In this document: positions 42,461-51,360 of the stretch, piece by piece
Layout: the number at the start of each line of letters is the position of its first letter
Position numbering within the stretch: the stretch's first letter is position 1
Origin: Oscillatoria sp. PCC 10802
Lineage (GTDB): Bacteria; Cyanobacteriota; Cyanobacteriia; Cyanobacteriales; Oscillatoriaceae
Direction of reading: 5' to 3'
NCBI RefSeq assembly: GCF_000332335.1
Contig: NZ_KB235948.1
Location: 4,286,977 to 4,350,976 of the forward strand
Length of the DNA stretch: 64,000 nt
Notes under the pieces: model-generated
Told to the model about the DNA's origin: nothing
What the model saw: only the letters and a program-made list of their open reading frames with translations
Database searches by the model: none
Position numbers and translations under genes: made by a program

Positions 42461-42692
42461 GATTGGAAATCGCAGCTATACAAACGAAGTCCGCCTGCGC
42501 GGACTAAGAGATTTTGCTAAGTTCCAGGCGAATGGAATTCGCGGTTCCAGGCGAATGGAATTCGCGGCTATACAAACCAAGTCCGCCTACCCAACGGGCA
42601 CGGGCTTCGCCCAACGCGGACTAAGAAAAGAGGGAAATTCTTGAAACCCGCGCAGGCGGGTTTCGTCTGTATAGTTGCGGTTTCAACCGCCG
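42461..42692. repeat. MITE family B composite copy (direct 30-bp duplication plus inverted terminus)
   Basis: GGTTCCGGGCGATTGGAAATCGCAGCTATACAAACGAAGTCCGCCTGCGCGGACTAAGAG...GTTCCAGGCGAATGGAATTCGCG x2 ... CGCAGGCGGGTTTCGTCTGTATAGTTGCGGTTTCAACCGCC. It flanks the 5' side of the Gly-zipper paralog. Confidence 0.8.
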
Positions 42693-42707
42693 AGAGACTG
42701 CGGGTTA

Positions 42708-44567
42708 CTAAGCGCTGACAAAGGAAACGGCGACGCGAAATCCGAAGCGGTTATTCCGGATTTCTGGCACAACCCTGCAGCGGAAAGCGGAACGGCAATC
42801 CCTGGGGTTGCTGAACCAAGAACCCCCGCGCAGCAACCGGCGATTTTGATTGCCACCGGCATCCCAAACACCCCCATCCGCTAGCGCACCGGCATAATTA
42901 TCATGCCACGGATCGGCGCACCACTCCCAGACATTCCCGTGGGTGTCGTACAAACCAAAAGTGTTGGCTGGAAAACTCCCCACATCTGCTGTCTGTTTGC
43001 TATAGGTTCCTTTGGGTTCAGAAGCGTAAGTATAGTTGCCGTGATAATTAGCTATTTCAGTTGTAACTGTCTCGCCAAAGTGGAAGGGCGCAGTGCGGGT
43101 GTCCTCGCCGGCAGACGCACGACAGGCATATTCCCACTCAGCTTCGCTGGGTAAGCGGTAGTTGCGCCCGGTTACTTGGGAGAGTCGCGCACAAAATTCG
43201 ACAGCATCGTACCAGGATACATTCTCCACCGGCCTGTTTGCGCCTTTGAAATAAGACGGATCGGGATTTAAATCCAGGTACACCTTGGGTAGGGCTGCGA
43301 CAGCTTTCCACTGCGCCTGTGTTACGGCATATTTCCCCATAAAAAAGGGCTGCACTTTTACCAGGTGCTGCGGGCTTTCTTCATTATATCGCCCTGACTC
43401 AGTTTTTGGGGAACCCATCAGGAAAGTTCCCCCTGGAATCGACACCATTTCCAAGGGCACCCCACTGCCAGCGTCTTGGGCAAAGTATTCCGCTTGCCGG
43501 CGCGTGCGGCTGATTTCTCGCCCGTAAGTGTCTACGGTAATAGCGTCGAAGGCAAACTGCTGCAAGGGTGTTTTGCCTGAGGGGGGAGAGGTGCTAACCG
43601 AAAGGGGAACTCCCGACGTTAGCAATCCAATCCCGGCAAAACCGGCAGCTTTAAAAAGTTGCCGGCGTGTCGGGGAATCCTCTTTTATCAGGGAGGAAAC
43701 CGCTTGCAGCGCTTCCACTGCTGACGGGTAGCGCCGGCGGGAGTCACGGCGCACCATTGTGTCTAAAATCTTGGCCAGCTGGGGGCTAACTCGCACTTTG
43801 TTGCGCCAGATAATGTCACCCGTCTGGGGATTTTCTGGCAGTCGCCGGGGAAAGATGCCGGTGAGTGCTTGAATTGCTGTCATTCCCAGAGCGTACACAT
43901 CGCTGCTAAACTGGGGGTTGCCCTTCGCTTGCTCATTTGGCATGTATCCGGGGGTGCCAATCCCAACTGTTAAATTCGCCTGAGTTGGCGCACTCACCAC
44001 TTGGGTGCAGACTTGCTTAATTGCGGCAAAGTCTATCAAGACAATTTTACCATCTTGGCGGCGTCGGATTAAGTTTGCCGGTTTGATATCGCGGTGGATC
44101 GCACCCTCCTGATGCGCGTGAGAGAGGACTGTCAGCACATCCAGCAAAAAGGCAATCACCCGTTCTTCCGTCCACCGGCATCCCGGTTTGATTTCCGCGC
44201 ACAAGTCCTCGCCTTCTATAAAGTCTCGCACGAGATAGAACTCTTGATTCTCCTCGAAGTGAGCTAGGACTCGGGGAATTTGGTCGTGTTCGCCCAATTT
44301 GTGGAGGAGTTTAGCTTCCGTGTCAAATAGGGTTCTGGCAATCTCCAACGCGGACAGATTGTTGGACAGGGGTTTGAGCTGTTTGACGGCGCAGGTAGGA
44401 CTATCTGGCAACTGGGTGTCAGAGGCGAGGAAAGTTGACCCAAATCCCCCGCCTCCCAAGTGTTTGACGATCTTATATCGCCCCGCAATGGTTGTTCCCA
44501 ACATGTGTTTCATGCAGTTCAATGGCAAGTTTCGCTCTAGGATACAGCCTTTGCGCACAAATGTCAA
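42708..44567 (-). CDS. Ser/Thr protein kinase fused to C-terminal formylglycine-generating-enzyme (FGE/sulfatase-modifying factor) domain
   Basis: 619 aa. Kinase subdomains GGGGFGSTFLA, VKQL, HRDIKPANLI, DFAAIK, GTPGYMPNEQ. C-terminal FGE fold (YAVTQAQWKAV...NVSWYDAVEFCARLS...RLPSEAEWEYACRA...RGGSWFSNPRDCRSAFR). Confidence 0.85.
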   Translation of the reverse strand: MTFVRKGCILERNLPLNCMKHMLGTTIAGRYKIVKHLGGGGFGSTFLASDTQLPDSPTCAVKQLKPLSNNLSALEIARTLFDTEAKLLHKLGEHDQIPRVLAHFEENQEFYLVRDFIEGEDLCAEIKPGCRWTEERVIAFLLDVLTVLSHAHQEGAIHRDIKPANLIRRRQDGKIVLIDFAAIKQVCTQVVSAPTQANLTVGIGTPGYMPNEQAKGNPQFSSDVYALGMTAIQALTGIFPRRLPENPQTGDIIWRNKVRVSPQLAKILDTMVRRDSRRRYPSAVEALQAVSSLIKEDSPTRRQLFKAAGFAGIGLLTSGVPLSVSTSPPSGKTPLQQFAFDAITVDTYGREISRTRRQAEYFAQDAGSGVPLEMVSIPGGTFLMGSPKTESGRYNEESPQHLVKVQPFFMGKYAVTQAQWKAVAALPKVYLDLNPDPSYFKGANRPVENVSWYDAVEFCARLSQVTGRNYRLPSEAEWEYACRASAGEDTRTAPFHFGETVTTEIANYHGNYTYASEPKGTYSKQTADVGSFPANTFGLYDTHGNVWEWCADPWHDNYAGALADGGVWDAGGNQNRRLLRGGSWFSNPRDCRSAFRCRVVPEIRNNRFGFRVAVSFVSA

Positions 44568-44730
44568 TCACCTTTTTTGCCAAAGTTTTCACCCTCACCC
44601 CCTACCTCTCTCTCCCTACTTCGGATAGGGGGTTCTTGGGTTAAGACGTAGGACAGGCGTCTCGCCTGTCCCTATCCTTGCTAACAAGTGAGATGCCTTG
44701 TCTGGGAAGGTGTCCCCTCCCGCAATAAAT

Positions 44731-46386
44731 CTACCGGCTCTCAATGCTCAAATCCACATCTGCCGGTGTAAAATATAACTGGGCGCTGCCCTCACTCAAG
44801 GCGGCAATGGCATCCTGTTTCCGCAAAGTATTAAAAATCGCCAGCTTCTCCGATGCTGGCATGCCATTCCCCAACCCGTCAAAGAACGCCCTGACGCGAA
44901 TTGCCTCCGCCTCACCGGCAGTTACCGCCTCGGTTTGCGCGTGCTGCCGGCGCAAGTCCAGCAGCTGTCCCTTCAGCCGCTCAACTTCAATCTCCCCCTC
45001 TATCTCCTTAAGTTTAACATCATTATCGCCCTCCTGTTTCTGCAGCCGGTTCAGCCGGTTTGTCGTCTCCTGGATAATCTCTAGCAAAATCCGCTGCGTG
45101 TCCGGATCTTTGCAAGCGACTGAGCGCACTTCCACCGCATGAAGCGCCACCCCACGCTCGGCATAAAAGCTGTCCTCCACGCCCAGCACCGCCTGTCTGA
45201 CTATGGCATTAAACCCCGCCAGAAATCTTTCCAGCGATACCTGCGATACGGACTGAATAATCAGGCTGCGAGCGTGGGCGCAAATCGCGCCGGTGGTATC
45301 ATCTGTCGCCTGAATCATGGCAGCTACATCCACAATCTGCCAGAAAAACGTCAAGCCGATAATCAATTCTACATTATCCTGCGTTCGCGCTTCAAACTCG
45401 TACCACATGAATTTGGGTCGCCCGTCAATGTGGGTGAAGATGAGGTTTTTCTCGTTTTTGTGCAGCCCGCTGGCCCACCGGAATTCCACCAGCTCCTCAT
45501 ACGGCTGCAAAAAGAAAGACCGTTCATCACCTGTTCCCCGTTTTATGCTATAATCTCCAAAGCGGTCTTTGACGACGACCGTTTCGTGATTCTCCAGCAA
45601 AATGCGCTGGCGCACTTCTACGATTTCTTGATTCGCCTCCGGACAGAAAACCTGCGTCTCTGTTATCAATCGTAGCGTGCCAGTTTGCGTGTCCCGCACC
45701 AGGACTGCAGTGTGTTCGTCAATATTGACCCCTTCCCCGATGCTGCTTAAAATATCTTCGATAATCTCTTCCGCAGGAGTCAGGTAGAAACTCCTCTCGC
45801 CGCGCTCCACGCGAATCATGCCGGTGCTTTTATCAATCACCTTGACATACTGATTTTGCTGCAGTAAAATAGGAGTGCGGAGTTCGACAATTTCCTGATT
45901 GGCAGCTGGAATGAACACTTGGGGGTCGGAAATCAGCTGCAGTTGGCCGGTGGAAATATCTCGCACCAGCACCGCTGTTCCCTCATCAATATTGACACCC
46001 TCCCGCACCGGCTCTAGAATCTGTTCAGTGGGGTTGAGACAGACACTGCGATCTCCTCTTTCCACCCGAATCGCGCCGGTGCGCTTGTCAATTAGCCGGA
46101 TGTACTGGTTGCTTTTCAGGGGGATGGCGGAAAGCTGTTCCAGGATTTCCTCACTCGCCGCCGGGAAGTACAGCTTGGGGCCAAATTCGTTGCGCAACTC
46201 GCCGGTGAGGGTGTCGCGCAGGCGCAGGTATTCGGTTGGCCCAAGGGTTTTGGCCTTGCGGCGCTGCACCCGCCACCAGGGCTGGGAGTAAAACACAGCG
46301 GGCCCATTCACTGTCCACCGGCGCGTGAAGCCCTCGACGAGCAGCTGTTCGTCTTCTTTGAGATAATATATCCAGGGCAAAAACAT
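44731..46386 (-). CDS. Major vault protein (MVP) homolog: MVP repeats, band-7-like shoulder and cap-helix
   Basis: 551 aa. At least 5 MVP repeats of about 45 aa (YIRLIDKRTGAIRVERGDRSVCLNPTEQILE, VKVIDKSTGMIRVERGERSFYLTPAEEIIEDI, KRGTGDERSFFLQPYEELVE; compare eukaryotic MVP KGEKSFFLQPGEQLE). Shoulder region GAICAHARSLIIQSVSQVSLERFLAGFNAIVRQAVLG (compare [37 protein letters not shown]). Then a coiled-coil cap-helix. Confidence 0.8.
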   Translation of the reverse strand: MFLPWIYYLKEDEQLLVEGFTRRWTVNGPAVFYSQPWWRVQRRKAKTLGPTEYLRLRDTLTGELRNEFGPKLYFPAASEEILEQLSAIPLKSNQYIRLIDKRTGAIRVERGDRSVCLNPTEQILEPVREGVNIDEGTAVLVRDISTGQLQLISDPQVFIPAANQEIVELRTPILLQQNQYVKVIDKSTGMIRVERGERSFYLTPAEEIIEDILSSIGEGVNIDEHTAVLVRDTQTGTLRLITETQVFCPEANQEIVEVRQRILLENHETVVVKDRFGDYSIKRGTGDERSFFLQPYEELVEFRWASGLHKNEKNLIFTHIDGRPKFMWYEFEARTQDNVELIIGLTFFWQIVDVAAMIQATDDTTGAICAHARSLIIQSVSQVSLERFLAGFNAIVRQAVLGVEDSFYAERGVALHAVEVRSVACKDPDTQRILLEIIQETTNRLNRLQKQEGDNDVKLKEIEGEIEVERLKGQLLDLRRQHAQTEAVTAGEAEAIRVRAFFDGLGNGMPASEKLAIFNTLRKQDAIAALSEGSAQLYFTPADVDLSIESR

Positions 46387-46552
46387 GCTAAAATCTCTGA
46401 AAGAACTACAGATATTCTGCCCGTTTGCTCGCCCCCGGTTAGCAGCGCCCCCACCGGCACAGGGGAAACCCGCCGCTGGGGCCAGAAACCGGGTTTATTC
46501 GGCGAAACCCGGTTTCTATTAAAATGTAGAGGGTGTAAGGTTTTGTGAGAAT

Positions 46553-47173
46553 TTGATGATGATTTCCGGGTTGCGGTTGGTGAAAAGTTTTCTTGCGGGT
46601 GCGGGACCGGGCTGCCGGTGGCGGCAGGCTGTGTCTGGCTTCCTGCGGTTGCTCGTCGTTGCGGCGATCTGCCTGCTGCTGGTGCTAGCACAGCCGGCAC
46701 AAGCCGGTATAAACGATGACAAATTCGACGGCAATATTTTCGTCCTGTATGCCGGCAACGGCTCTCTGGTGCCGCCGAAAGTGACGCTGGCAGAGTCCCT
46801 CAAGCAAAGCAAGCCGGCCATCGTGACATTCTATCTCGATGACAGCAGCGACTGCAAGCAATTTGCCTCCCTCGTCTCCCGACTGCAAGCTTTCTACGGG
46901 CGTGCGGCGAATATTATCCCAGTAAATGTGGATGCCATTGCGCCCAAATCGAGTTATGACAGGACGGAACCGGGCTATTATTACGAAGGCGCAGTCCCCC
47001 AAACCGCGATAATCGACCAGTCGGGCAACGTGGTGTTTAACGCCAAGGGGCAAGTTCCCTATGAGGAAATAGACGACGTGTTGCGGAAAGTATTTGATTT
47101 GCTGCCCCGTTCCGAATCGGTTGAGCTGAAGCGCCGGTCCTTCAACGAGTTTAACAGCGAGTTGAGTAAGTAG
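46553..47173 (+). CDS. Thioredoxin-like fold protein with signal peptide (hypothetical)
   Basis: 206 aa. Signal-like LLVVAAICLLLVLAQPAQA. PAIVTFYLDDSSDCKQFASLV and TAIIDQSGNVVFNAKGQV resemble the thioredoxin/TlpA-like fold with an SxxC site. The start may be downstream of the annotated Met. Confidence 0.5.
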   Translation: MMMISGLRLVKSFLAGAGPGCRWRQAVSGFLRLLVVAAICLLLVLAQPAQAGINDDKFDGNIFVLYAGNGSLVPPKVTLAESLKQSKPAIVTFYLDDSSDCKQFASLVSRLQAFYGRAANIIPVNVDAIAPKSSYDRTEPGYYYEGAVPQTAIIDQSGNVVFNAKGQVPYEEIDDVLRKVFDLLPRSESVELKRRSFNEFNSELSK

Positions 47174-47371
47174 GCAGAAAACATGCCCTTCCGGGCACCC
47201 CTTCCTTAAGAGCCGGCTGTGAAAAATCAGCATTTCCTGACAGCCGGCGCTTAATTGTGCGCTCGCAGACAGAACTGAAAATCTCCCCTGCCGATAATGT
47301 CCGGAACTTAGATAGCAGCCACCGGCATACAGAGGTTAAACTATCCGAAACTGCGACCAGAAGGTGTTCTG

Positions 47372-47980
47372 ATGACAAAATACAGCACGCAGGAGCTAAT
47401 CAAAATCTTGGCTGACGAGCGCCTCGCCTGCCTGAAGGGACAGCGCCTGAACCTGGCTGCGACTCCTTCTACCGGCAACCCTGTAATCGACAAGTTTCTC
47501 AAAGCGGAGGGGTTGCAAAAGTTCACAGCCTATCAAGATTTTAAAGCCACTGTCCACCGCTACCAGCTCGAACATCAAGTATCCGGGATTGTCTGGCGTC
47601 AGCTGGCGCTCAAGGGCAAAACTGTGGGAATCCCCGAAGTGGACGACCAGCTGATTGCCCTCCCCAGTGACATCCAGACGCTGAAGAAGGCTAAGCCTAA
47701 AATCCTGGCATTCTGGAAGGAAGTTACAGCGGGGATGGACTTGTACCTGAGCGTTCACGGCGGCAAAGATTACCGGCAAGTCGAGCCGGCTGATGTAAGC
47801 CAGATTGCCCTGGGCACAGAATGGGCCGGCTTGTGCGCGTGGGAGCATAGAAATTTCCTGGAAATCGTCTTGCAGCTGGCATGGGGGAAGCCAGAAGAAG
47901 CCGCTTACCGGCGGGGGTGGCCAGATTCGGGCAGCGAGTATATCCATGCTGTAAATCCGGGCTGCCGGCCTATTTGTTAA
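47372..47980 (+). CDS. Hypothetical protein
   Basis: 202 aa with protein-like composition. Clean start with an upstream AG-rich region. No recognisable domain. Confidence 0.45.
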   Translation: MTKYSTQELIKILADERLACLKGQRLNLAATPSTGNPVIDKFLKAEGLQKFTAYQDFKATVHRYQLEHQVSGIVWRQLALKGKTVGIPEVDDQLIALPSDIQTLKKAKPKILAFWKEVTAGMDLYLSVHGGKDYRQVEPADVSQIALGTEWAGLCAWEHRNFLEIVLQLAWGKPEEAAYRRGWPDSGSEYIHAVNPGCRPIC

Positions 47981-48088
47981 TATCAATATTTAACTAACTC
48001 GATCCCAGAAGTAGGGTTCGTTCCTTGAGTTCCGCATAGAATCACGGTGCGGAAAAAGCGCGGAACGCACCCTACTGCGGATAGAATT

Positions 48089-49132
48089 TTAGGGCAAACG
48101 CTGGCACAGCAGCAAGCCAACCCACCGCTGCGGGTCAGTCCAAACGCGCACCGGCACTAAACCTCGCCCTTGCAGGTACTCCCGCATCTCATCCAAATCG
48201 AACTTGCGCGAAATTTCTGTTAGAATCGTCTCACCGGCCCCCAACTCAACACTTAAATCCAGAGCGCGTAAGCGAACGTTTTGCGCTCGCAAACTCCGCA
48301 AGTGCATCTCAATTTGGCGCTGACCTTCATTATAAAACGCCCAGTGTTCAAATTGAGACGGATCGAAATTTCCCTCAAAACGCCAGTTCAGGTGGCGCAG
48401 CATATTCAGATTGAACTCAGCCGTCACCCCTTGAGCGTCACTATACGCCGGTTCCAGCACCTCCTTTGATTTGTGCAAGTCAATCCCCAGCAGGAAAAAA
48501 TCACCCGCCTGCAGAGCGCCCGCAATTTGCGATAAAAACACATCGCACTCCTGGCGCTTCAGATTCCCCAAACTGCTGCCGATAAAACAAATCATCCGCG
48601 CCTTCAGGGGCGAAGGTGCCAGTTTTGACAGCGCCAGCTCGTAAGTGCTCACCAACCCGTGAACCTCCAGCTGCGGGTAATCCGCCAGCAGTGCGCGGGC
48701 GCTGCTTTCCAGGATGCCGGCACTGACATCAATTGGCAGATAGCGCAGCCGGTAGCCCAACTCGCTGTAAGCATCCAGAAGAATGCGAGTTTTCGTCGAA
48801 CTCCCACTCCCCAGTTCCGCGATTTCGCACTCGCCGGTCAGTTCGGCAATCTCGCCGGCACACCCGCGCAAAATCGCCGCCTCCGTGCGCGTCACATAAT
48901 ATTCCGGCAGCTCGCAAATCCGCTCGAACAGCATCGAGCCCCGATCGTCGTAAAAATAGCGCGGCGGCAGAGATTTCGGACTCTCACTCAGCCCGCTGAC
49001 AATATCGCTGCCAAGAGTCAATTCTGTTTCCAAAAGCGCAGTCGGGGTGAGCAGATGCTCTATGCGCAAACGTTCCTCAGTGGTTCCCGGTTTGCGAATA
49101 CCGGTAGAAGTTAAATTGTTTGGCGATTGCAT
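48089..49132 (-). CDS. egtD: L-histidine N-alpha-methyltransferase (ergothioneine biosynthesis)
   Basis: 347 aa. PKSLPPRYFYDDRGSMLFERICELPEYYVTRTE and ELGSGSSTKTRILL are EgtD signatures. Confidence 0.88.
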   Translation of the reverse strand: MQSPNNLTSTGIRKPGTTEERLRIEHLLTPTALLETELTLGSDIVSGLSESPKSLPPRYFYDDRGSMLFERICELPEYYVTRTEAAILRGCAGEIAELTGECEIAELGSGSSTKTRILLDAYSELGYRLRYLPIDVSAGILESSARALLADYPQLEVHGLVSTYELALSKLAPSPLKARMICFIGSSLGNLKRQECDVFLSQIAGALQAGDFFLLGIDLHKSKEVLEPAYSDAQGVTAEFNLNMLRHLNWRFEGNFDPSQFEHWAFYNEGQRQIEMHLRSLRAQNVRLRALDLSVELGAGETILTEISRKFDLDEMREYLQGRGLVPVRVWTDPQRWVGLLLCQRLP

Positions 49133-49242
49133 GATAATTCTGCTAGACGCACCAGCGGCTAAACAACACAGCCTTTCCCGTCACCCTCACAAGCGCGATT
49201 TTCCAGGCTGCTCTATTCTCCCACACCGCAGTAGGGATTCTA

Positions 49243-49279
49243 CAGAAACCCGGTTTCTTTAACAAACCGGGTTTCTTGG
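49243..49279 (-). terminator. AGAAACCCGGTTTCTTTAACAAACCGGGTTTCT hairpin downstream of egtB
   Basis: Inverted repeat 9 nt 3' of the egtB stop at 49288, between egtB and egtD. Confidence 0.45.
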
Positions 49280-49287
49280 CACTCCTC

Positions 49288-50613
49288 CTACCTAGCGCAG
49301 CGAAAACCGACAAAAAGCTGCCTCACCCAAGGGTGATACCAGTTGCGGAAGCTGCCTCGCAGCGCCCTGGGGCGAGTCGCCCAGCTCCCCCCTTTGAGAA
49401 CCCGGTGCTGCCGGTCAAAATACACCTGGGAATAACCGGCATAGGGGTAGAACTCAAACCCCTGATAGCCCTCAAACCAGCTGGATGTCCACTCCCAGAC
49501 ATTCCCCAGAGCGTCGCACACGCCCCAAAAGCTCGCCCCTGCGGGGAAAGCACCGGCAGGCGTCGTCTGAGCGTACAGATTGTCGTGATTGCACCGGCTG
49601 GCGTCGGGAGGATCTTCCCCCCAGGGGTAGGTGCGCCGGCATCGAGCACTCGCATCCCAGCAGACGGCTTTTTCCCACTCCGCCTCGCTGGGCAACCGCT
49701 TGCCGGCAAACCGCGCAAAGGCATCCGCTTCATACCAGCTCACCCCGCACACGGGATGGCTGTCAAAACACGAGTCACCCGACCAATATAAAGGCTGCCT
49801 GACCGAATTCTTTTGCACCCACTCCCAGCCCTCGCTTGACCAAAAGCTGGAATTGTGATATCCTCCCGCCTCGATAAATTGCCGGTACTGCCCGCAAGTT
49901 ACAGGATAGCGGTCAATCCAGTAGGTGTCCAAATAGAGCCGGTGAGCCGGTCGCTCATTATCAAAAGCGTCGGTGGAGTCAGAACCCCGCTCAAATTCCC
50001 CAGCAGGAATTTCAATCATTTCAGCTAGGGCACCGGGCGCTAGGCATGGGGCATCGGGTGCGAGCACTCTCCCCTGTTGCGGAGAAATCCCCTGCCAGCC
50101 GACTAGCCTGGTCAGGAATGTTACCGTTTCGCAGTGCTGGCTTTCGTGCTGGACAATAAAGCTCCAGAGGCGCTGTTGCTCCCCCACCGGCGCGATTTCC
50201 AGATAGTCCAGCACTTTTGAGCGCACCGTGTCCAGATAGTGGCGCAGCTCACCTAGCGAAGGCAGGTACACCCGTTCCGCTTTCGGCAAACCATTCGCTG
50301 GGAACAGCCTGTGATATTCTGGAAACACCGGCGGATAGCCGGCGGTGCGCTGCAGCAGCCACAGCGCTTCGGTGTAGGCGATGTGCCCCAAATGCCAGCC
50401 AGGGGGGCTGAAGTCGGGATGGGCTTGCTGGCTGAAGGTGGCGCGATCCATACCTTCAAACAGTTTTAGGGTGGCGGTGCGGCACTCCTGCAAGGCGTTG
50501 CGAATGGCGTCTCTAGAGTTGATAGATTTGGATTTCAAGGTTCTCTCCCACACTGATAATACTCTGTTCTGGGCAGCGATTCCAGCTGCCGGCGAACAAA
50601 GGTTCAGAAGCAA
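49288..50613 (-). CDS. egtB: Hercynine oxygenase / sulfoxide synthase EgtB (DinB-like N-domain plus FGE-like C-domain)
   Basis: 441 aa. DinB_2 region (ECRTATLKLFEGMDRATFSQQAHPDFSPPGWHLGHIAYTEALWLL, His triad). FGE-sulfatase fold (GDSCFDSHPVCGVSWYEADAFARFAGKRLPSEAEWEKA...KGGSWATRPRALRGSFRNW). The first ~100 nt of the track ORF overlap egtC, so the true start is probably an internal GTG/TTG near 50540. Confidence 0.85.
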   Translation of the reverse strand: MLLNLCSPAAGIAAQNRVLSVWERTLKSKSINSRDAIRNALQECRTATLKLFEGMDRATFSQQAHPDFSPPGWHLGHIAYTEALWLLQRTAGYPPVFPEYHRLFPANGLPKAERVYLPSLGELRHYLDTVRSKVLDYLEIAPVGEQQRLWSFIVQHESQHCETVTFLTRLVGWQGISPQQGRVLAPDAPCLAPGALAEMIEIPAGEFERGSDSTDAFDNERPAHRLYLDTYWIDRYPVTCGQYRQFIEAGGYHNSSFWSSEGWEWVQKNSVRQPLYWSGDSCFDSHPVCGVSWYEADAFARFAGKRLPSEAEWEKAVCWDASARCRRTYPWGEDPPDASRCNHDNLYAQTTPAGAFPAGASFWGVCDALGNVWEWTSSWFEGYQGFEFYPYAGYSQVYFDRQHRVLKGGSWATRPRALRGSFRNWYHPWVRQLFVGFRCAR

Positions 50614-51295
50614 TAATCACCGCATTCGGGAACGTTGGGTCGTCTCGCAGCCAGTATAGAGAAGGCACCGCCGCCCCAGTGGCAAACCGGCTGGCAGCCA
50701 GCGTCTGTCCGTCACTGAGGAGCAGGTTTGCTGAGACGCTGGTTTGATGGGAGGTTGCCAATTCTCCCAAGACGGCTAGCCCCGAGCGCAAAGCATTTTC
50801 TAGAGTGCCTTGGCTCGCCAATTCCTCAGTCAGCAAGGCAAAAATGTGCTCCGAATCGGTCGTGCCGTCAATCCCCTGGTAGGCTGTGTCGCTGAGGCGA
50901 TCTCGAATTGGCCGGTAAAGGCTGGAGCGGAAGTTTTGAATGAAGCCGTTGTGAGTGCCTAAAATCTTGCCGTGGCGAAAGGGCTGGCAGTTGCTCAAAT
51001 CTACGGCTTGTCCGGAGGTGGCGCTGCGGACATTCGCCAGCACGCACCCTGACTCAATGTACCGGCTCAATTGGGGAAGGTTAATATCGCTCCAGATGGG
51101 CAGGGTGTTTTTGTAGGTAAAAGGATCTGTGTCTCGCTGCGGGTGATACCAGCCTATGCCAAAGCCATCGGCGTTGAGCAAGCCGGCTGTCATTTCCCGG
51201 GGTTGGTAACTTTGGGCAATCAGGGAGTGTTTGGGTTTGTACAGGAGATAGTCCAGCAGGATAGGCGGGCCAAGGTAGCCAAGTAAGCGGCACAT
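50513..51295 (-). CDS. egtC: Class-II glutamine amidotransferase EgtC (gamma-glutamyl-hercynylcysteine sulfoxide hydrolase)
   Basis: 260 aa. N-terminal MCRLLGYLG with catalytic Cys2. GFGIGWY and HNGFIQNF motifs of Ntn-type GATase. Confidence 0.8.
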   Translation of the reverse strand: MCRLLGYLGPPILLDYLLYKPKHSLIAQSYQPREMTAGLLNADGFGIGWYHPQRDTDPFTYKNTLPIWSDINLPQLSRYIESGCVLANVRSATSGQAVDLSNCQPFRHGKILGTHNGFIQNFRSSLYRPIRDRLSDTAYQGIDGTTDSEHIFALLTEELASQGTLENALRSGLAVLGELATSHQTSVSANLLLSDGQTLAASRFATGAAVPSLYWLRDDPTFPNAVIIASEPLFAGSWNRCPEQSIISVGENLEIQIYQL

Positions 51296-51360
51296 GTTTT
51301 GGGGGTCTGTTTGTGGGTTTTGTATCAGTGTATTTTAGAGCGTTTCTCATCCTTTGTACT

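Noticed and set aside
42358-42483. N-terminal 42-codon extension of the paralog ORF (MYSCDFQSPGTRQNLAYLAF...)
   Set aside because: It lies inside the MITE family-B copy. The homologous N-terminus of the 787-aa protein starts at the internal Met (MTSPTIPP...).
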